Shown: piece by piece, positions 28,021 to 35,421 of the stretch
Numbering within the stretch: position 1 is the stretch's first letter
Layout of the letters: each line of letters starts with the position of its first letter
Program-made: the position numbers and the translations under genes
Notes under the pieces: model-generated
Database searches by the model: none
Seen by the model: only the letters and a program-made list of their open reading frames with translations
Told to the model about the DNA's origin: nothing
Source of the DNA: Candidatus Kaiserbacteria bacterium
Lineage (GTDB): Bacteria > Patescibacteriota > Minisyncoccia > Phycocordibacterales > SBAW01
Direction of reading: 5' to 3'
NCBI GenBank assembly: GCA_009691465.1
Contig: SICK01000004.1
Span: forward strand, 1-35,421
DNA length: 35,421 nucleotides

Positions 28021-28998
28021 CTATTTTTTGCGTCGGGCCAACTCTACCACATGAGATATGAATTCCGATAGTTTCGCACCCGCGGCGTAGAGCGCCTTGG
28101 GGAGGAGCGATTGCTCGGTCAAGCCCACCGCCTGTGCACTGTTGAGCTCCAAAAAGTAGATGCCCCTCTTACTTACAATAAAGTCCGAGCGCGAGTAGTG
28201 CGCCGCGCCCAACAATTCATGTGCGAGTGTTGCCACGCGCTCTAACTCGGCCTTTTCTTTGGTCGAAAAGTTGCCCGGCACACGCTCTTCGGTCGCTCCA
28301 TTATATTTGACCTCATAATCAAAAAAACGTTTTGGAGGCGGGATGATCTCGACCGGCATCAGCGCATAGGTCTTCTGCCCCCGAAACCCGTCGATGACGC
28401 CCACCGTCGCCTCTTTGCCGCGTATCAATTCCTCGACCAGCACCTCCGGCGAAATCTGCGAGGCGTGTGCGAGCGCCGCGGCAAGCGTATAAAAATTGTC
28501 CGCAACCATAACCCCCACCGAGCTCCCGCCGATGACCGGTTTGACTATCGAGGGATGCGGCATCGTGCGAAACAGCTCTACCGCAAGCTGTTCCCGCTCG
28601 CCTTCGTCCTGCGGCACCGCTACCACGACCCCGTGCGCGACCTTGATGCCGCTCTTTTTGAGCAGCTCTTTGGTGTGCTGTTTATTGAAGGCCAGTTTTG
28701 ACGCCAAAGCATCCGAGCCGGTGTAGGGCACACCCAGGCCGTCGAGTATGTGGTGGAGTTGGCCATCCTCGCCGTACTCGCCGTGGATGGCGTTCCACGC
28801 GACATCAACTCCAAAGAGCGCCTGCTCGGGCGAGACCGCGACACCGTGCAGGTGCCAGTCCCCGCCGCGCGATATAAAAATGTCCCGTGGCTCGTACAAC
28901 TGGGTATCAAGCTCGCGCAATACGGTGGCTCCGCTCTTTAAAGACACGTCATACTCACTCGAAGGCCCACCTCTCAAAACCCCAACAACTGTGCGCAT
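28021..28998 (-). CDS. ddl: D-alanine--D-alanine ligase
   Basis: GGPSSEYDVSLKSG, HGEYGEDG, VKP...GSSVG, FFDYEVKY, RSDF, LELN; ATG 28998. Confidence 0.92.
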   Translation of the reverse strand: MRTVVGVLRGGPSSEYDVSLKSGATVLRELDTQLYEPRDIFISRGGDWHLHGVAVSPEQALFGVDVAWNAIHGEYGEDGQLHHILDGLGVPYTGSDALASKLAFNKQHTKELLKKSGIKVAHGVVVAVPQDEGEREQLAVELFRTMPHPSIVKPVIGGSSVGVMVADNFYTLAAALAHASQISPEVLVEELIRGKEATVGVIDGFRGQKTYALMPVEIIPPPKRFFDYEVKYNGATEERVPGNFSTKEKAELERVATLAHELLGAAHYSRSDFIVSKRGIYFLELNSAQAVGLTEQSLLPKALYAAGAKLSEFISHVVELARRKK

Positions 28999-29005
28999 GC
29001 GACAA

Positions 29006-30289
29006 TTATAACGTAAGTTTCTTTCGAGAAGTTTTACGGTGATAGCCGATAGCAAAGCGGTGCGCTTCGGCGTTGGCCAAGAGGATGTCACGTTCGCGGT
29101 CCTTGATGAGCGTGCGGTCGCCGAGGATGTGGTGCGGGCGGTGCTTTTCGTCCTTGACCACCCCCACGACCGGGATAGCCATCCCGTACTCGGCCAAGAC
29201 GCGCTGTGCCGCGTTGACCTGCGCCTTGGCGCCGTCGACCACAACGATGCGCGGTAGCGGCCACTCGTCGTGCCCCAACCGGCGGGTTAGGACCTCCTTC
29301 AGCGCGCTGGCATCGTCGCCCGGCTTCGCCGTTTTGATATTAAATTTGCGGTACTGGCCCTTGACCGCCTCGCCGTCTTCGACAACGACCATCACGCCTA
29401 CGTTAGCCGAGCCGCGCAGGTGCGCGATGTCGTACGCCTCAATTCGCCCTCCTTCGCCAAGGCTACGGGAGGGCAAGCGTCGAAATTCGTCTTTTATTAA
29501 AGAAACGTCCTGGATGTGCTGGAGCGCGTACATTTGGCGGTGCAATTCTTTAGCCTGTTCGAACTCCTCTTCCTTGGCTGCCAAGCGCATTTCTTTGTTG
29601 AGCGACTGTATAAGCTGTTTCTTTTTGCCCTTAAACAAGAGGACGATATGTTGGATAGTGCGGCGGTATTCCTTTTTGGTGACTGCGCCGGCACACACGC
29701 CCGGGCAGAGTCCCAGTTGATAGTTGAAGCACGGCCGCCCCTGCCCCGGCACACACTTGTCACGGTAGGGGAAAATTTTTCTAATGAGCCGCATCGCCTC
29801 TTTGAGCTGTATCCCGTGAGGAAAGGGTCCAAAGGTGTAAGCTGGAACAGAAACATTCTTATCGGAGGAGTTGGGGTCGTGTTTATCTCTCCGGAGAGAA
29901 GAATGTTTCTGTTCCAGCTCGCGGCCTCGCACCACCAACACCCGCGGATACTCCTCTTTGGTGATAACGACGTAATTAAAACTTTTGTCGTCCTTGAGCT
30001 CCGTATTGTGGGGCGGCTTTTGTGCGTTGATGAGCGATGCCTCCAAAAGAAGGGCTTCCAACACAGAATCGGTTTCCCTCCAATCTATCGTGCGCGCTTT
30101 CTGCAACATCTGCACCAGCAGGGGCCCGCGCGTCTCGAGCAGGTCGGAGGCAAAGTAGCTGCGTAGGCGGTCGCGCAGGCTGGTGGCCTTGCCGATGTAG
30201 AGCACGCGCTTATTCTTGCCCAAAAAAAAGTACACCCCCGGCATATCCGGTATGCGCTTCATCTTTTTTTTAAACTGCTCGAGCAACAT
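29006..30289 (-). CDS. uvrC: Excinuclease ABC subunit C, short form
   Basis: GIY-YIG (PGVY...YIGKA..LRDR), Cys cluster, UVR helix, RIEAYDIAH, VVDG, EAHRFAI. Confidence 0.93.
   Translation of the reverse strand: MLLEQFKKKMKRIPDMPGVYFFLGKNKRVLYIGKATSLRDRLRSYFASDLLETRGPLLVQMLQKARTIDWRETDSVLEALLLEASLINAQKPPHNTELKDDKSFNYVVITKEEYPRVLVVRGRELEQKHSSLRRDKHDPNSSDKNVSVPAYTFGPFPHGIQLKEAMRLIRKIFPYRDKCVPGQGRPCFNYQLGLCPGVCAGAVTKKEYRRTIQHIVLLFKGKKKQLIQSLNKEMRLAAKEEEFEQAKELHRQMYALQHIQDVSLIKDEFRRLPSRSLGEGGRIEAYDIAHLRGSANVGVMVVVEDGEAVKGQYRKFNIKTAKPGDDASALKEVLTRRLGHDEWPLPRIVVVDGAKAQVNAAQRVLAEYGMAIPVVGVVKDEKHRPHHILGDRTLIKDRERDILLANAEAHRFAIGYHRKTSRKKLTL
29447..29475. repeat. Family A palindrome, in frame within uvrC
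   Basis: Reverse complement TGCCCTCCCGTAGCCTTGGCGAAGGAGGG encodes LPSRSLGEGG. Confidence 0.8.
29840..29919. repeat. 80-bp element with perfect 21-bp inverted repeats, in frame within uvrC
   Basis: AGCTGGAACAGAAACATTCTT (29840-29860) and AAGAATGTTTCTGTTCCAGCT (29899-29919). Confidence 0.88.
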
Positions 30290-30297
30290 ATGAGCGG

Positions 30298-32949
<2,652 letters not shown>

Positions 32950-33053
32950 AGTGATGTACACAAGTCGCTCGAGCACGCAAACAGCCCCTGCGGCTGCTCC
33001 GAGGGGTGGATAACGCGCAGTCTAGCACAAAAGGGGCGGTATGATTATCGCAT

Positions 33054-33242
33054 ATGAACAAGCAGACATTCGTGCAGGTCGCGACGGTCGTCTTTACTCT
33101 AGTGGGCTTGGTGCACCTCTACCGTGCGCTCAACGCGCTGCCGGTCAACCTGATGGGTTGGGCGGTGCCGGTCGAGTTGTCATGGGCGGTCGGGCTGGTA
33201 GCACTGTTCTTGGGCTACACGGGCTACAAACACTGGCGCTAA
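33054..33242 (+). CDS. Small two-TM membrane protein
   Basis: 62 aa; VFTLVGLVHLYR and VPVELSW; TATGAT 8 nt upstream; terminator downstream. Confidence 0.75.
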   Translation: MNKQTFVQVATVVFTLVGLVHLYRALNALPVNLMGWAVPVELSWAVGLVALFLGYTGYKHWR

Positions 33243-33259
33243 CCACTACTCGCACTAAG

Positions 33260-33289
33260 AAAAAAGCTCCGGGTAACTCCGGAGCTTTT
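33260..33289. terminator. Bidirectional intrinsic terminator
   Basis: AAAAGCTCCGG-GTAACT-CCGGAGCTTTT between convergent genes. Confidence 0.85.
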
Positions 33290-33296
33290 GCGTTAT

Positions 33297-35339
33297 TTAT
33301 TTCTTTTTTCTGCCGCCGGTGAGCGCCAACAGCTCGTCGCGGATAAGGGCTGCGGTCTCGAAATCCAATTCTTTGACCGCGGCGGCCATCTCTTTTTTCT
33401 TGGCGGCAACAAAACCTCGCGGGTTCTTTTTATACAATTCTTTATCCACCTCGAGCATCGACACTATTGCTTTGGTATGCTCACTGCGCAGCTCTTCGGT
33501 AATATCTTTGATGGCTTTTTTGATTGTGGTGGGCGTGATGCCGTGCTTTTTGTTGTACGCTTCTTGGAGCGTCCGGCGGCGGCGCGTCTCACCCACCGCC
33601 TTCTTGAGCGACTCGGTCTCGTGGTCGGCATAGAGGATAACGCGGCCGGCGCTATTGCGCGCAGCGCGACCGATGGTTTGTATCAGCGACACTTCGGAGC
33701 GCAAAAATCCTTCTTTGTCGGCGTCGAGTATGGCCACCAGCTCGACCTCGGGCAAGTCCAAACCCTCGCGCAGGAGGTTGACCCCCACCAGTACATCCAC
33801 CTCGCCGCGGCGCAGACTCGTCAGAGTCTCAATGCGCTCCAGCGTCTCTACATCACTGTGCAGGTACGTTGATTTTATCTTGCGCTCCTTCAAATAGTCG
33901 TTCAGGTCCTCAGCCATCTTTTTGGTGAGTGTGGTCACCAACACGCGGTTGCCGCGCTCTACCACGCCGGCAATTTCTGCTATCACATCCTGTACTTGCC
34001 CGGGGTACGTCTTTAAGGACTCTCCTTTGGCTCCCTGTGTTAAGGAGAGTCCTTTGGACGTCACCGGGCGGATGTCGATTAAGGGGTCCAACAGGCCCGT
34101 CGGGCGCACCACCTGCTCGACGATATTCTTGCCGCTCTTCCCTTTTTCATATGGGCCCGGTGTCGCCGAGGTATAGATCACTTGCCCTACCCTTTCTTTA
34201 AACTCGTCGAACATCAACGGCCGGTTGTCCAAGGCCGACGGCAGGCGGAATCCGAACTCGATGAGCGTTTCTTTGCGGGCGCGGTCGCCCGCGTACATGC
34301 CACCTATCTGCGGCACGGTCACGTGCGACTCATCGATGATAGTAAGAAAGCCGTCAGGAAAGTAGTCGAGCAGTGAGTACGGCGGTTCTCCGGGTTTACG
34401 ACCGTCGAAGTGTCGCGAATAATTTTCTATCCCATTGCAGTACCCTATCTCGCGTATCATCGCGAGATCGTAGTTGGTGCGGCGCTTCAGACGTTCGGCC
34501 TCGAGCAGCTTGCCGCTCTTTTCGAACTTGGCCAGCTGACCTTTCAGTTCGTGGCGGATATCCTCGATTGCCCGCGCTCGCTCGTGCTCGGGAGTGACAT
34601 AGTGCTTGGCGGGGAAAAGGAATATCGACTCTGCTGACCGTTTTTCCGCGCGGGTCACCGCATCGATAATGCGTAGCTTGCCGATGGTCGGGCCGTCGAA
34701 CTCGACTCGGTACAACACGCGCTCGCCGGTAGGCATAATCTCAACACTGTTGCCCATCGCACGGAACGTGCCCGGCGTAAGGTCGGCATTGGTGCGTTCA
34801 AAATAAACCCCGATTAGCTCGCGGATAAGTTCGGCGCGGTCTTTTTTGACTCCGGCACGCAACTCAAGATGGACTTTGCGATACTCCTCGGGGCTGCCCA
34901 ATCCGTAGATGCACGAAACGCTGGCCACCACGATGACGTCCTTGCGTGTGAGCAGCGCTTGGGTCGAGGCGTGCCGCAAGCGCTCTATCTCTTCGTTGAT
35001 TTGCGCCTCCTTCTCAATGTAGGTGTCGGAGTGCGCGACATAGGCCTCGGGCTGGTAGTAGTCGTAATAGGAGACAAAGTAGTGCACCGCCGCGTCGGGG
35101 AAGAAGTCTCGGTACTCCTGCGCCAGCTGTGCGGCCAGTGTTTTGTTGTGCGCGATGACGAGCGTGGGCTGTTGCACCGCAGCAATCACATTGGCCGCGG
35201 TAAAGGTCTTGCCCGAGCCGGTCACCCCCAACAAGGTCTGGTGGCGTTCGCCTCGTTTGAGCCCCGCGACCAGTTTTGCAATAGCTTGAGGCTGATCCCC
35301 CGCAGGCACGTGCGTAGTTTTAAGTTCGAATTTTGCCAT
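33297..35339 (-). CDS. uvrB: Excinuclease ABC subunit B
   Basis: PAGDQP, GVTGSGKT, FVSYYDYYQPEAY, DESH, NLLREGLDLPEV, QTIGRAARN; ATG 35339. Confidence 0.97.
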   Translation of the reverse strand: MAKFELKTTHVPAGDQPQAIAKLVAGLKRGERHQTLLGVTGSGKTFTAANVIAAVQQPTLVIAHNKTLAAQLAQEYRDFFPDAAVHYFVSYYDYYQPEAYVAHSDTYIEKEAQINEEIERLRHASTQALLTRKDVIVVASVSCIYGLGSPEEYRKVHLELRAGVKKDRAELIRELIGVYFERTNADLTPGTFRAMGNSVEIMPTGERVLYRVEFDGPTIGKLRIIDAVTRAEKRSAESIFLFPAKHYVTPEHERARAIEDIRHELKGQLAKFEKSGKLLEAERLKRRTNYDLAMIREIGYCNGIENYSRHFDGRKPGEPPYSLLDYFPDGFLTIIDESHVTVPQIGGMYAGDRARKETLIEFGFRLPSALDNRPLMFDEFKERVGQVIYTSATPGPYEKGKSGKNIVEQVVRPTGLLDPLIDIRPVTSKGLSLTQGAKGESLKTYPGQVQDVIAEIAGVVERGNRVLVTTLTKKMAEDLNDYLKERKIKSTYLHSDVETLERIETLTSLRRGEVDVLVGVNLLREGLDLPEVELVAILDADKEGFLRSEVSLIQTIGRAARNSAGRVILYADHETESLKKAVGETRRRRTLQEAYNKKHGITPTTIKKAIKDITEELRSEHTKAIVSMLEVDKELYKKNPRGFVAAKKKEMAAAVKELDFETAALIRDELLALTGGRKKK
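34015..34054. repeat. Paired 13-bp inverted repeats, in frame within uvrB
   Basis: AAGGACTCTCCTT (34015-34027) and AAGGAGAGTCCTT (34042-34054); related AGGACTGTCCTT between atpD and atpC. Confidence 0.78.
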
Positions 35340-35421
35340 AGGAACTAAGAAATGTATCACGGAATGACTCAAAATTCCCATTAAGAAGAGATTCTCGTAT
35401 CTGTTTGACCAGATTCGTAAG

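Noticed and set aside
21846-29244. Long N-terminal extensions in the ORF track for cyoE, cyoD, cyoC, cyoA and ddl (likewise mltG, uvrA, uvrB)
   Set aside because: They overlap upstream genes or promoters; family homology begins at the downstream ATGs used in the feature list
32950-33050. LexA/SOS box upstream of uvrA
   Set aside because: No convincing known LexA palindrome was found here or shared with the uvrB upstream region

Overview
Chromosomal DNA that looks like a Patescibacteria (CPR, Parcubacteria-like) genome read in genetic code 11; the taxonomy is my inference from gene content and protein style. Positions 1-~2920 are visibly more AT-rich. They carry an HMA/DsbD_2-type copper membrane protein, a cupredoxin-like protein, a cob(I)alamin adenosyltransferase and a 5'-truncated class II (B12-dependent) ribonucleotide reductase. 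A probable junction follows, then a 6S-RNA-like element. The GC-richer remainder holds mltG, CPR hypotheticals, a sigma-region-4/HARE-HTH protein, leuS, an RTX-like frameshifted gene, ychF and a flavodoxin-fold NAD(P)H:quinone reductase. It also holds a complete but trimmed F-type ATP synthase operon, a cytochrome bo3 quinol oxidase operon (cyoABCDE), a divergent cis-prenyltransferase, five tRNAs, a pterin carbinolamine dehydratase, ddl and uvrC/uvrA/uvrB. The most notable signals are: several families of short palindromic or heptamer repeats sitting in frame inside uvrA, uvrB, uvrC and leuS as well as between genes; a clustered minimal O2-reducing and ATP-synthesis module; an unannotated 27-aa membrane microprotein with its own promoter, SD and terminator; and apparently leaderless housekeeping genes contrasting with SD-led orphan genes.
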